Shown: positions 13,196 through 25,470 of the stretch, piece by piece | How the letters are laid out: the number at the start of each line of letters is the position of its first letter | How positions within the stretch are numbered: the stretch's first letter is position 1 | Assembly: GCF_026210795.1 (NCBI RefSeq) | Contig: NC_089431.1 | Span: forward strand, 3,720,001 to 3,784,000 | Length of the DNA stretch: 64,000 nt | DNA from: Rhizophagus irregularis | Taxonomy: Eukaryota | Direction of reading: 5' to 3' | The notes under the pieces: generated by a model | The model's database searches: none | The model's input: only the letters and a program-made list of their open reading frames with translations | What the model was told of the DNA's origin: nothing | Made by a program: the position numbers and the translations under genes

Positions 13196-14283
13196 CTTTT
13201 GGATATGCTTCTATTTCTCGGAAAAATATTTTTCCGCATTTATTAAACTCATCGAGATTAATTAATTCTCAACTTTTTTTAAAAATTCGATAATAATCGC
13301 TATGGTTAAAGCATGTGAGGACGAAGACGATGAAATAATGATAATAAAAGATACGAAATATGTGTCTGAATGATTGTTGGGACATAATGAATTATTGGAA
13401 TACGGCTACATAATAGATGAGAAAGTAGAAGAAATAAAAAATTTAGCCTAATTGGACTCAGTTAAAATGAATAGCGGGCTGTAACATCAAAATTGAATGG
13501 GAGTATTCATAATTATGTAATATAAAAAATTAAGAAACTACATTGTTATTGATAAAGCGCATATTGTTTAATACGTCAGGAATTTCGCCAACTCAAATCT
13601 TGAGATTAATCATATTTCGAATCGATTTATAGCATAAACTTCAAATTAACTATTTTTTTTTTTTATCACTTTGATAAATAAGAATTGATACAAAAGCTTT
13701 TACAGTAATTATAAAATTTATATAATTAATGATACAAGTATTAAAATTTCATCCTTTGTTTATTTTAATATATAAATAAAAAGTAAAAATAATTTATTTA
13801 AAAATAAATAAAGCTTCTAATCAGTAACCTTTCATAGTGCCTATAATATTTCCGTATTAATATTTGTCTATCCTAATCTAATTCACAGATATTCATAACA
13901 TAAATTCTTGTAGATACCATCTCTATATACTGTACATTACATAAATAAAATTCGCCTTAATGCAAAACATAAAGCTTCTATTTTAAATTGATGTGCAATA
14001 AAATCAATAAAATCAATAAAATCTAATGAAACGTGCAGTAAATGATGTGATATTATTAAATCTCAGGAAACGGAATATTATGAAAGTTTTTGAGAAAAGG
14101 AGAGGAGGAGGGATGAAGATGCCATTTCTGACCACGATCTATCGGCCACGCAAAAGTGCATCATTATTTTAAAGTCTTCCAATTTGAAGATGTAAGAATG
14201 GTTGCAGCTAAAGATGTTATCTTTTTAAGATCTATTCGAAACGGATTATTGATCATACGGTAATTCAATGCGGTTAAAGATGA

Positions 14284-16189
14284 TTAGTCGTCTTCCACAG
14301 TAATATCACACCAGATTTTGTGTCCAAATTGATTGCCCTCACTGTCTGTTAATCGCCAGTATCTGTATAAAGTAAAAATAAATATTAATATAATTTGATA
14401 AATTGATGATCTATTAAGAGATAATTAATCTTCTACTGACGAAACGTATTTTCCAGGTTTAGATGGCGCTTGGAGATCAACGGCGATACCAACATCTTTA
14501 CCAACTTCAACAGGTCCAATATGGATTTTTGGTTTCTCATCAGATCTATTCTCATGTTCCCGTCTAGTTATGTTCGTACCGCACATCTCACAGGATGTCC
14601 TATTTGGAAGAATATAGAATGTACATCGTGGACAATGAAGTTCTTCCTCATCCGAAAAACTATTTGATCGAGAAGTAGCGAGGGATGATTTAATCAAATC
14701 ATTATTGAACATACGCTCTCCGTCAGCGAAATGTAGTGCTGTGCTTTCGGGCCACTAACGTTTAAAAAATGTTTATATTGTTAATATATAACATAATTTA
14801 ATAAAATAAAAATTCAATGTAATTACTTACAGTGATACTGCCGTTATTAGACATTTTCCAGATCTTTAAAAATTTTGTCTGTGGTGAGAGTATTGTGCCA
14901 TCTGGTACATTTACGTCTTCAATAAAGCGTGCATTTAACATCGAAGCATTATAAGCTTTTACGGGCGATTTCTTTACGACTATTTCTTCTGCGGTTGTTT
15001 AAAAGATAATTAAAAATATTAAAAAAATAAATCTCATAATTCAAAAAAATTCATTTCATGATAAGATTTAATTAATACCTTTTACTTCAGTCTGAGAAAT
15101 AAGTTATGAAAGTTATTAAAAAAAAAAAAAAGAATTAATTCAAAGTGGATCAGCTACATGTCCAAATATAACTTCAAAATCAAAGTAATAAGACTTTAAT
15201 AATATCATAAGCTATAATTAATACCTTTTTTCCTTCCTTTCTATTTTGTCTATCGGATATTGGTGGCTTTCTATCAGGATCCAAAAAAGTTTTTAATAAA
15301 TCCATAAATAATTCCTCTGGTAGAACTTCCTTGTAAGGTAGAACATTATCCGAAAATTCTTTAGAAGTAAAATTATAGAATCTTATAAAAGGAATACATT
15401 GTTGTAAGGTATTTTTCAAAGTATTGAAATCATCTTTTGAATAATTTGAAGGATTCGATGAAAGCTCAGGATTTTGCGCAAGGCCCCATTTAAGAACATT
15501 TTTCCATACTTGAATTTCACTCATTTGAAGATTATCATTTTGAATAAGCGAGATTAAAAGGTTTTCTGGAACTGAAGAAAGATCAAGTGATTTGAATATC
15601 TTATCCGGGTCTTTGGATACTAAATCAGTACAATACTTTTGAAGAACCGAAAAAGAATCATTTTCGAAACTTGTTTGATATACCAAATTAAAATTTTGTC
15701 CCATCCAGTTGACTTTGTTTTTAATCAAAAAGGATTGTAAATAGGTGATCAATTCATGAAGATTCAATTCACTGGCAGCAATCAAGATTTTAACAATATC
15801 CAAAGTATCGTAATCTTCCAAAGATATTTTCCCTCCATAAATATATCTAATAAAAATAAAAATTATTAACGGTTAAAAAAAAAAAAATTCAATATATATA
15901 AATCACGTTAAAATCTATTTTATTATTCCTACCTTAAAATTATTTGAAAAATTTCAGGTAAAATATTTGGTAATCTAATTTGTACCAAAGTTTCATCATC
16001 ATTCTTTTTGCTTGACGACAAAATTCTTCGTAGATAAGTAGAACGGTAATTTAAAATGACCATGTGGGCACGGAATACTTTTACGTAAGGGTCATTACCA
16101 ACTTCAATTTTTATATCATAATATTCATCATCATCTAAAATTTCAAGTAAATTTTGTGATAATTTTTGTAAAAGTTTATTATCATCCAT
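14284..16189 (-). CDS. BTB-BACK + FW domain protein with an inserted RanBP2/NZF-type zinc finger
   Basis: Exons 16189-15933, 15846-15225, 15091-15079 (13 nt), 14988-14831, 14754-14441, 14362-14284 join in frame; four FW tryptophans; CPRCTFYILPNRTSCEMC within the domain. Confidence 0.85.
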
Positions 16190-16804
16190 TTTTAAATTGT
16201 AAAAAAAAGTATTTACGAACGGAACTTTAAATATAATTTTGATGTTACTCAAAATTTGAAATTCACGTGTAATGTTAAACTTTATTTCAAAAGTCTGCTG
16301 ATCCCTGCAGATGGTAAAGAATTTAACATTGTGGTTCTCGACTTTTTAATCACCAAGACACCATTTATGTCTTGATTAGGAAATTCTTAAACTAATATAT
16401 ATATTATCTAATATTTGAAGTTTTGAACACAATTAGTTGTCCTATATAATAAAATAATTTTTTAATTATATTTCAAACTTTAATAAATTTCTTTTTTAAA
16501 ATAAAATATGATTGTAAACATAATTTTTTTGGTTCGTAAATTTTTATTAAAAATAAAAAGATACAACAATAAAGGCATGGAACAAACGGATTAAATAATT
16601 GTATTGCAAATTTTCCGATAATTCTTTAAAATGTATTATTTTCTTTAATTTTATTTTTTTTGAAGATTAGGAGATTTTAATGGATTTTACAGTACATAAT
16701 TGCAACGTTAAAAACATAAAACATCAATATAAAAAATTTTGAATTTTTAATATATATTCTAATATCATAAATCTTACGTTCTAATATTAGAATGAGTAAA
16801 TATC

Positions 16805-17016
16805 ACACAGTAGAAGATAATCCAATTGAATGGGAATCTGATCGAAATTACGGTGTTACAAAGAATAGTTTTATATTCTCTTTTAAGGATTGTGATGATA
16901 TTAAGAAACCTATTTTCAGTCGTGTTATAAATGAAAAGTCTGCCATATTGAATAAGCGTACTCAAGAGTCAAGGTCCATCAATTGGTGGCGCAGACCATA
17001 TTTTGAAGTATATTAA
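16805..17016 (+). pseudogene. Isolated TLDc-domain fragment
   Basis: NPIEWESDRNYGVTKNSFIFSFKD matches the TLDc of the gene at 33638. Confidence 0.7.
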
Positions 17017-17740
17017 ATTATTTGTAATGACTTATAAAATAAACGAGCTATGCATTTGTTTATTAAGGCTTTTTCTATTTGTCAATAATTTCTACATTGT
17101 CGTCTTTAAGATTAAATCATTTTAAGACTGAAATATAATTAATAATCCCATAACAAGTTAAATAGTAATAATAGGAATTCAAAGTATTAGAAAGAGCTTT
17201 GAACAAGTTGTAATAAATATTGGAATTTTAAAAATAACGAAATATATAAAACCAAAGAATAGGTTAATTAAATTGAATATAATTTCATTTTAATTAAAAA
17301 ATTGAGTTTCTAATTTCATCTTGTAAAAAGCGACTAGCAATATATACATATGGACATATGATACATGATTACAAACTTGTTGAACAAATGATAATATTTT
17401 TATATAATTTTCGTAAAAATACTATTGGGAAAAGTGAATAAGAAAGGTAATTTTTAATCCATGAATAAAGTATTTTTATGTGTTTTAAAATTAAAAAAAA
17501 ATTTGAAACTGCGTAAATTCAAAAAAAATGAAGGCACTGTACTGTATATTTACAATTTAATTGCGTGTATATGGATGATGAGTACCGGAATTGAAAAAAA
17601 TCATCAAATTCTGCATAAATTTTTATTATATTTTTTTGTTAACGTTCGCGTAATTTTTAATATTTCAACATTTTCTTTTCTTCTTCAGTTCTTATTCCCT
17701 TATTCCTTTTTTCACTTCATAGTCAAAAAAGAAAGTTAAA

Positions 17741-18586
17741 ATGGAAAACTATAATCAGATGGATGTTCCAACTTCTACTGCCTTTGATATTTTTTTCAAT
17801 GGTATAATACTAATTCTTTATTCAACATCTTTCGAACCACTTTTAAGCGCAACATTAAAATCTAAAATTAAAGATCTCGTTATCCTTTTTGTGGAGCCTC
17901 TTATACCACTTTTTTATGCGTTCAACAAGATAACTTGCAATCAATTTACCAAAAAATACTTTATATTTACTTGTATTTATTGTATTTTCTTATCTATTAC
18001 TTTCATTTCACATTATTTTATCTTCATATGGTTTAAAAAAACAAACCGATATTTCAAATACAAATTATTGACACATTATATAATAACCTTATACCTTGCT
18101 ACTTTAGAAACTAGTACTCGTTTTCTTCCCGTAATTTGTTTGGAAAATATTGGAGAATTGAGAAATATTGCATTTAAAGCACCTAATGCGATAGTTGTAT
18201 TTGGAATTATACTCGTCTTCCTCATTTTGGTATTAATATACCTCATATCCTGTATTCTAATAGAAATGAGTTTCCGGTTTTTGGTAATATTATATTTGCA
18301 CTACATATATTTAGTTCATTTTTTTCAAGTATAGTTTATTTTGGTAATAATACCTTCAAATGTAATTTATGTTAAGATCGCAATTAACATCAATTTGTTA
18401 TTGATCATGAGATTTTTTTCTATATTAGAAGATAAACCTAGTAACAAAAAAAGGGGCTGGGGTTGTGTTGTTCTTTTCGCTTTTGATGATACTGAGGGTA
18501 TAGAAAAAGTATTAAAGAAAGAAGACAGGGGTCAATATTGGTACACGCCATATTTATCCCGTCCTATAATTAAAACCAATAACTGA
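17741..18586 (+). CDS. Hypothetical multi-pass membrane protein
   Basis: Two same-frame hydrophobic ORFs separated by TAG at 18332-18334; a 51-nt GT-AG intron 18284-18334 would join them. Confidence 0.5.
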
Positions 18587-18682
18587 AATAATTAATGAGA
18601 TTACAAAAAAAAATGTAAGATATTGAATATTATGAAAATAAATCAATTTGTAATAAAGCAAATATCTTATATTATTATAAAT

Positions 18683-18940
18683 ATGGAAAGTCCTTGAAGA
18701 GAAAAGGATTTATCAGAGTCACCTCATGAATTTATTCTTGAAAGATACATACCTGGTAATAATTTACATAATGAAATTAAAAAGACAAACAAGGTTTATA
18801 AGCTTTTTGATGGAATTGGTTTAGAAAAGATAGATTATATCGAAAGTTTTTCTGCTGATGATATTGTAAGATTAGAATATATAGAAATTAATGAGATCAT
18901 TAATAGAATAAATACTAAAATACCTTTATGTTATCCCTAA
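18683..18940 (+). pseudogene. Fragment of a hypothetical-protein family (KVYKLFDGIGLEKIDYIESFSADDI motif)
   Basis: Protein-like frame of about 80 codons after an early stop; resembles a motif I recall from Glomeromycotina hypothetical proteins. Confidence 0.35.
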
Positions 18941-19289
18941 TCATATGGAAAGTTAGCATATACTTTGTCAAACTGTGTCAATCTAACTTAGCTGAATCTA
19001 ATATTTTCAATATTTTCAATATATTTGATATTTGATATCTTTAGATTTATTTATTTTATTAAACTTAAAAAAGTAATTATTTAAAAAAAAAAAAAGATTT
19101 ACTAATACTTTAATAATTAAAGTATTGTAATGAAATTATTAATAATAAAAAATGTGTTATTTTTTATTTTATAATTATTTTTTAATGGTTAAATAAATTA
19201 AATAATTTTTTTTATTACCACTTAGACTACCACTCTAGTCTGATTACCACTCTAGTCTTGGAAAATGATCGACTGGGCCGATTCACAAA

Positions 19290-19959
19290 CCCATACCATC
19301 AACAAGCGTGGAAATAGGAACGAAGAAAATCATAACTTGGAAAAAGTATTGTGACTAGAATTAATAAAGAGCTTAGTCTAATTTCCTGGGACATCATTGC
19401 ATAGAAAATTCAAGAACCTTGTTCGGGATTATAATGTAAGTGTAAGTGTTAATAGACTACTTAAGCACAGGCGAATCCTAAATTTCACTCTCCACATTAC
19501 CTCTGGTGACTAGGTGATGTGAATATATGAATGGAAGTCGAACAGCTAGGAGTCAAACAGGTGTTAGATAATTAAGAAGTTCCGCACTCACTTTTGGGAA
19601 AAACCTGAAGATGCTTTTGATAGGATTCGTGATATGAATATTTCTAATCGTATGCGAGATAGAGGAATTGTTTCACCTGCACCCTCCATTGAGGTGGTTG
19701 GTACTAGGCCAAAGAGGTCTCTTTGGGACTGGATCATCTAGCCGAAGAAGTCAGAGCTGAAGTTTTGGAATCACCATCTCGTCTATCTCCGGCTCCACCT
19801 TTACCTTGTAATGAAGATGGAGATGCAGGAAATCCTGCCGGAGAAGGAAATAACACGACAACTTCATCTGTCCAGCCTCCATTTTATGATGACAATCAAC
19901 AATCATTGAATAGTATGGATGGTGGGTCCCTTTGGAACCTGGTAATTATAAAGCAATGA
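19290..19959 (+). pseudogene. Decayed Myb/SANT-like (trihelix) gene
   Basis: Remnants KFKNLVRDYN | GTAAGT intron | ...KFRTHFWEKPEDAFDRIRDMN; GC-richer than flanks; frameshifts and stops. Confidence 0.5.
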
Positions 19960-21422
19960 AGTTATCCTTCTAGAAAATGCGTTACCTTTAGTAACTAACT
20001 TTGGTATTCATTTCTTCATTTATTATGCTTGAAAAAAAAAAATAATAAAGTTTTTCGTCTATATTAGTCCTGAACCTGTATAAATTTGAATTGTGATATT
20101 CATTGATATAGGTTGATAGAGAATCGGTGTAATTCTTTAAATGTGCTATAAATCATTAAAATACTAAACTATTTACAATCCTAAAAGTGGTTAAAATTAG
20201 CCACAAATATGGCTTAATTCCTGAGGTAGTGAGTGCAATAACCAATCTGTATTATAGTTATAGTGATGAAATGCTAAAAATGTGATGTTCCCATATTCAT
20301 GCTCCGTTTAGGAAATTTTTTGAACGAAAAATTTTCCAACAATCACGTGGACGTATGTAAAAAGTTCATGTCATAACTAATATAATATATAATAACGAGT
20401 ATCTAATAATGAGTATCACACAAATTATAGTATTGCAAGCTTATTTTTAATTGTAAACTACACTTAGCTAATCACGTTTTATATACTCAATTGTCATTTT
20501 TTAATTAAAAAACAATTACCCTATGGATAATATAAGATATTAAACTGGTTGAGTCCTAATTACATTATATGTTAGCTCAAATAATCGTTTTTAGCTATCA
20601 AAATATGTATTTCTAAATATTCTTTAAAAATATTATGCAAACGATATTGTCACGAAATTGAAATCAATTTCATTTGATGTTACAAAAATTATAAACTTTT
20701 GCCTGTTTCTGGTACCTTATTACTTGCATGGCCTGATATCCAAAGATTACGTTTCTTTCAAACATTAATCATACAAATGAGGGTCTATCATATCAAGGAC
20801 CATGTCATTAGGCGTTCTTAATGGTAAATAAATAATAGGTTTATCGTAAATATTCTATAATAATATGTTAAAAAATTCCTTATAAAAAAAAAAAAAAAAA
20901 TTCAAAGAACGAAATTCTGATAAACTTTATAAAAAAACACTAATTTTAAAACTGTGAAAAATAGATTAATTACGAACCTGACTTGAAAATTTAGTAAATA
21001 TTATAATATTAATTTTATAATGTGTAAAAATTTAGTTGGATATTTGATTAACTAATAATAATCAAAAAGTTTACATTCGTAAAGATAATTTGCCAATCTT
21101 TAACATGATTTCATTCTAAAATATAGATTAAATTTAGAAATTTTAAAATTTTGTGATTTTTTTCAACTTTCTAAAAGGTCCTGATTAGGCAAATAATTTT
21201 ATATAAAGTTCATCGAATGTAGTTATGTAAAGTAAAAAATTTGACACCAAGTAAAATTATTTAAAATAATCATGTCGGGCGTATCTAATCTCCGCACATC
21301 AGCAGATCAGCTAAAGTAGAATCACATGAGCGATGATCAATATTAGTGTTGAGTCGCGAGTCGCGATTTTTTACTGATTTGCCCATATTTATATTTTATA
21401 CAGATTTTTTTACTCTCTGTTA

Positions 21423-21658
21423 GGCCGGACAAAAAAAAAATTTAGATTCTCGTGACCCGGCCGGGTCAGTTTTTCGAAAAATGGAAATTTTTTTTTTATA
21501 GTAAAAATTTTTATCACGTGTTTTAAGTTATTGGCCAATGTGGCGTAAAAAAATTTTACATATGAAAAAATTTTACAAATATAAAAATAAATGCCGGCCG
21601 GCCGGGTCATTTTTAAAATTTTATGTCACGAGAATCTAAAAATTTTTTTTGCCCGGCC
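21423..21658. mobile_element. PIF/Harbinger (Tourist-like) MITE
   Basis: About 34-bp TIR ggccggacaaaaaaaaaatttagattctcgtgac; TTA TSD. Confidence 0.8.
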
Positions 21659-21862
21659 TTAGTCATGGTTTTTTTACTCACGAGTCGCGATTTTGATTTT
21701 TACAAATACCAGATATACATATACCCTCAACATGTATATATACCATCAGCCTTCTCTAAAAAAAAACATTCTAAAAAATACTACAGTAAAGAAAAACCAT
21801 GAGAGCAAAGTGGCTTAGAAGCTTTAAAAGTAAGAGGTGTGTTTTTTTTTATTTTGCAAAGT

Positions 21863-22060
21863 GAGTAGCTCCTAAGCAAAATTAGAACAGATAGCTCATT
21901 TGAGCCGGGGAGTTCACAAATTTTACTTAGGAGAATACTTGGATTGTTTGCTTGGGTTGGTGAAGGGGTGAAAGGTAATTTTTTTAGTGGGTAACTCCTA
22001 AGAAAATCTAGAACAGATTGCTAATTGAGCCAGGGAGTTCACAAGGTTAACTTAGGAGCT
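21863..22060. repeat. Two about 70-bp direct repeats, each bounded by ctcctaag...cttaggag
   Basis: Units near 21864 and 21991 share tagaacagat-gct-attgagcc-gggagttcacaa. Confidence 0.6.
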
Positions 22061-24369
22061 GCTTTTTTTTATTTTTTATTTATTTTTTTTTTATTTCTTC
22101 TTTCTTTTTATTTCTTTATTTATTTATTTTTTTATTTTTTATTTCCTTTTTTCTTTTTTTTATATTTTTTTCTTTACTTGTTTTACTTGTTCACTTGATA
22201 GCCAACTCAAGCAGACATCCTAACTTTGTTATTGGTAAAGTTTGCTAATGCTAAAGGAGGAATTAGCTATGTCTTCTTTACCATTAAATAAAAATTTGCA
22301 CATTATTAATAATTTCTTCTCTCTCATAACAGATAATAGGTAAATGCAAAGATTTACAATCACTGACTCCAATTTCGTAATTGGAATTTCAAACCAATAT
22401 AGGATTGAGAGTAATTAACAGTATGCAGCTTCTTCTATTTTTAGTTATTTATTTCAAATGTATTCATTTCTATGATTTGAAAGAAGGCACTACTGAACCT
22501 GAATTATTTTACAGCATTCAGTTGGAGAATGTTTATGATCACTGGGGCCAAGGTTTTTATTAGTTATAATCTAAGTTGGATATTTATTGGGGACTTCATC
22601 TTAGGTCTTATTCTATTATTTTAGTTAGTTAAGGTCGGTAGTAGAATTCAATATCAAAATTTTCATAATGACTTTACAAACACCCTTTATGTTCATTTTT
22701 GCTAACTTAGGGTATTCAGAAATATCATTTTTTTTGTTCTAAGCTGTGCCTTCATGGAAACGTGAATTTAAGCAATGTCAAAGATTTATTTTTTCACTTT
22801 ATGTTATTTTACTACATTTACAGCAATTATTTATCATGCTGATAACATTCAATTTATCAAATTTTTAAACTGAATTAAAATAGTTTAACAATGAATGAAT
22901 GTTGATGGCTTAATAAAATCAATTTTAAAATTAAGATATTTATTTAAGTATAAATAATCTTTATTAACTAAATCATAAACATATAATTGTAATCTGTAGC
23001 AGGCAGAAAATTATAATTGTTTCCTAGATTTTTTTTTTGTTTGTAGGATAATACAATGTAAATTAAATAATAATAATATTTTTTTGGAAGAAATTCCTTA
23101 TTTGTATAATTTATTATTTAGTAAATTCACGTGTATTGCTGCTAAAATTCTTTAACTCATCCCTGGGCATTTTATAAATGGATAACTATCATTTTTTAAA
23201 AAATTTATAAATATTCTCATGTTATCATTATTATCTATATATACATACACAATTGATTTCATATGCACTCACATTTTATCATTATTGTCTAACATATAAA
23301 TTAGAAAATATGACCAAAAATTTCTTCACCTTTTTTAATAATATCCTTTAAATATTATTACATATGAAGTAGATTCTACTATGTGAATTTCTCCCATTTC
23401 TTCAGCAAAAACTACCTAATCATTAATTTTTTTGAGGGTTACTGGACAAAATATAATAGTCTCAATCTTATAAGCTATCTTCAATACCATCAAAAATGAT
23501 TTACAGGTTTTCTTGTTAAAGATAGAAAGAGGATATTTAACCTTCAAATCAAACATCAAATATATTCTAAACTGGATAAACCAATATAGTGAACATACAA
23601 TAAATTAAAATTTGTTTAATGTACTTATACAATTTAAAATTGCATAAGAATATATTTAACCATCATTACTATGTATTGTAAGCTTCACCAATGTTTTCTT
23701 TTTCTTATAATTAAAGCTAGAAGCAGAGTCGGAATTACATCACTTGACTTCAAAAACTTTTAATCATAACTCTATCTAATACTAGAAACATACTAATGAA
23801 ACCCAAAAATGATATGAGAGACATCATACATACATGGATGTCTCCACTATGATCGCCACCACCACCATATGATGTGCTATATTATGCACCACCACCACCA
23901 CCATCACCACCATCACCACAATTTCCGCCTTTGTCATCCTTCTCCATCATGACTGCGATCCAAAAATAGACAAAATAGTTTTTAGGATCTAAATTTAATT
24001 TCTTAAGAGATCTTCCTGATGATATTTCTCTAAAATATATATACAGAGATCTTGAATGTAAACTTGAGGAGCTAATTTCACAATTTTTATAAGGTATTTA
24101 AAAGATTTAACAGCTGCCTCCACTTTCTTTCAATTTTTGGTGCTTCTTTTAAAAGTCCAATAATGTTTAATATTTAGAAATAATTTATAAAAAATGGTGA
24201 ATTCCTATAGTAAGATTAAATACCAGGATAATTTATACACCTTAGTTTGTAATATCTGGTGAGAAAAAAATAGGAGAAATGGTTTTAAATTATAAAGAAA
24301 TAAAAATCTGTTAAATATGAAATTCAATAAATATAAAAAAATGTACAGTGTAATCTTATAAGGGTACAT

Positions 24370-24830
24370 AATAAATGTTTACTAATATCACTATTCTTAA
24401 AGAAAATATAAATATCCTTAGTATTGCCATTATTACGATCAGGTTTCCATTAAGTTGGATTATATCCTCCAAAAATACTATTTATTAATTGTTATAGTGT
24501 AAGAGGAATTTATTAGATATAAAAGCCCATCACAAATAATAAACTGAAGTTATCTTGTATGCAATACCTAATTTTTAAATCATCTTGAATATAATTTCAG
24601 CATGTTGAAATGAAATAATAATTTTAATTATATTTTCATTGGTTAATTTTCTGTCAATAAATCCCTATATAATTAATTCCCTTAGTAAACCTTTCTCATA
24701 AGATAATAGTACTTCATCAAAAAGTTTACAACAATGCATTCCTTTTATTGGAATTAAGAAAGTATTCTTTTATGCATTGTATCTTTTGAAACCCATTTAA
24801 GATCATGTTTCAAACCAAACGAATTAAAAT
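24370..24830 (-). pseudogene. Very decayed BACK-TLDc remnant
   Basis: Minus strand reads IFGGYNPT*WKPDRNNGNTKDIYIFFKN. Confidence 0.6.
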
Positions 24831-24939
24831 TTTTTCCACTCAGTTGACTTAATTTTCAATCAAATTATAATTTCTTATTAAATTAACTGGCACTGATCAA
24901 GTAACATAAAGTACTGTTTATATATAGAAATAGCATTAA

Positions 24940-25470
24940 ATTGCATGTAGGATCAAAGAAATCAACATGATTTGTTGTCATAATAATTATATTACCCCAG
25001 AAATTATGTGGCCATTCAAACATGCTAAAAATGCTGATAAACTAAAATGTGAATTTGTCGATTTCTATTATTTCTTTGATAGATTTTCATTACTTATACT
25101 TTTTGCATTGACAAAATTTTTGTTTATGTTTATTTTTGCATTTCTGTTATGGAGGAATAGCCGATTGTGCATCTACATCTTCAAGTATTATTAATTGATT
25201 TGACAGTACAGTGCTAAACATCACACTTAGCTCACTATCATCCTTTATCATTTAAGATTTAAATGATAAATATCATGAGATAAATGAGTTGAAATTGCAT
25301 GTATTAATCTTGTTTTCCCTATTCCTGGTTTTCCATACAAAAGTATATCCCATCTATAAGACATTCCAATTTTTCATAAATTTGTTATTTATAAAGGTAT
25401 CCAATTCCTTTTTCAATAAGATTAGCAGTAACTTGTTGTTTCGCACCAGGAGTCCAGGACCAATGAATTT
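24940..25470 (-). pseudogene. BCS1-like AAA+ ATPase pseudogene
   Basis: Walker A LYGKPGIGKT (25340-25311), Walker B IILEDVD, then FSLSAFLACLNG and IIIMTTNHVDFFDP; frameshifts and stops. Confidence 0.75.
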
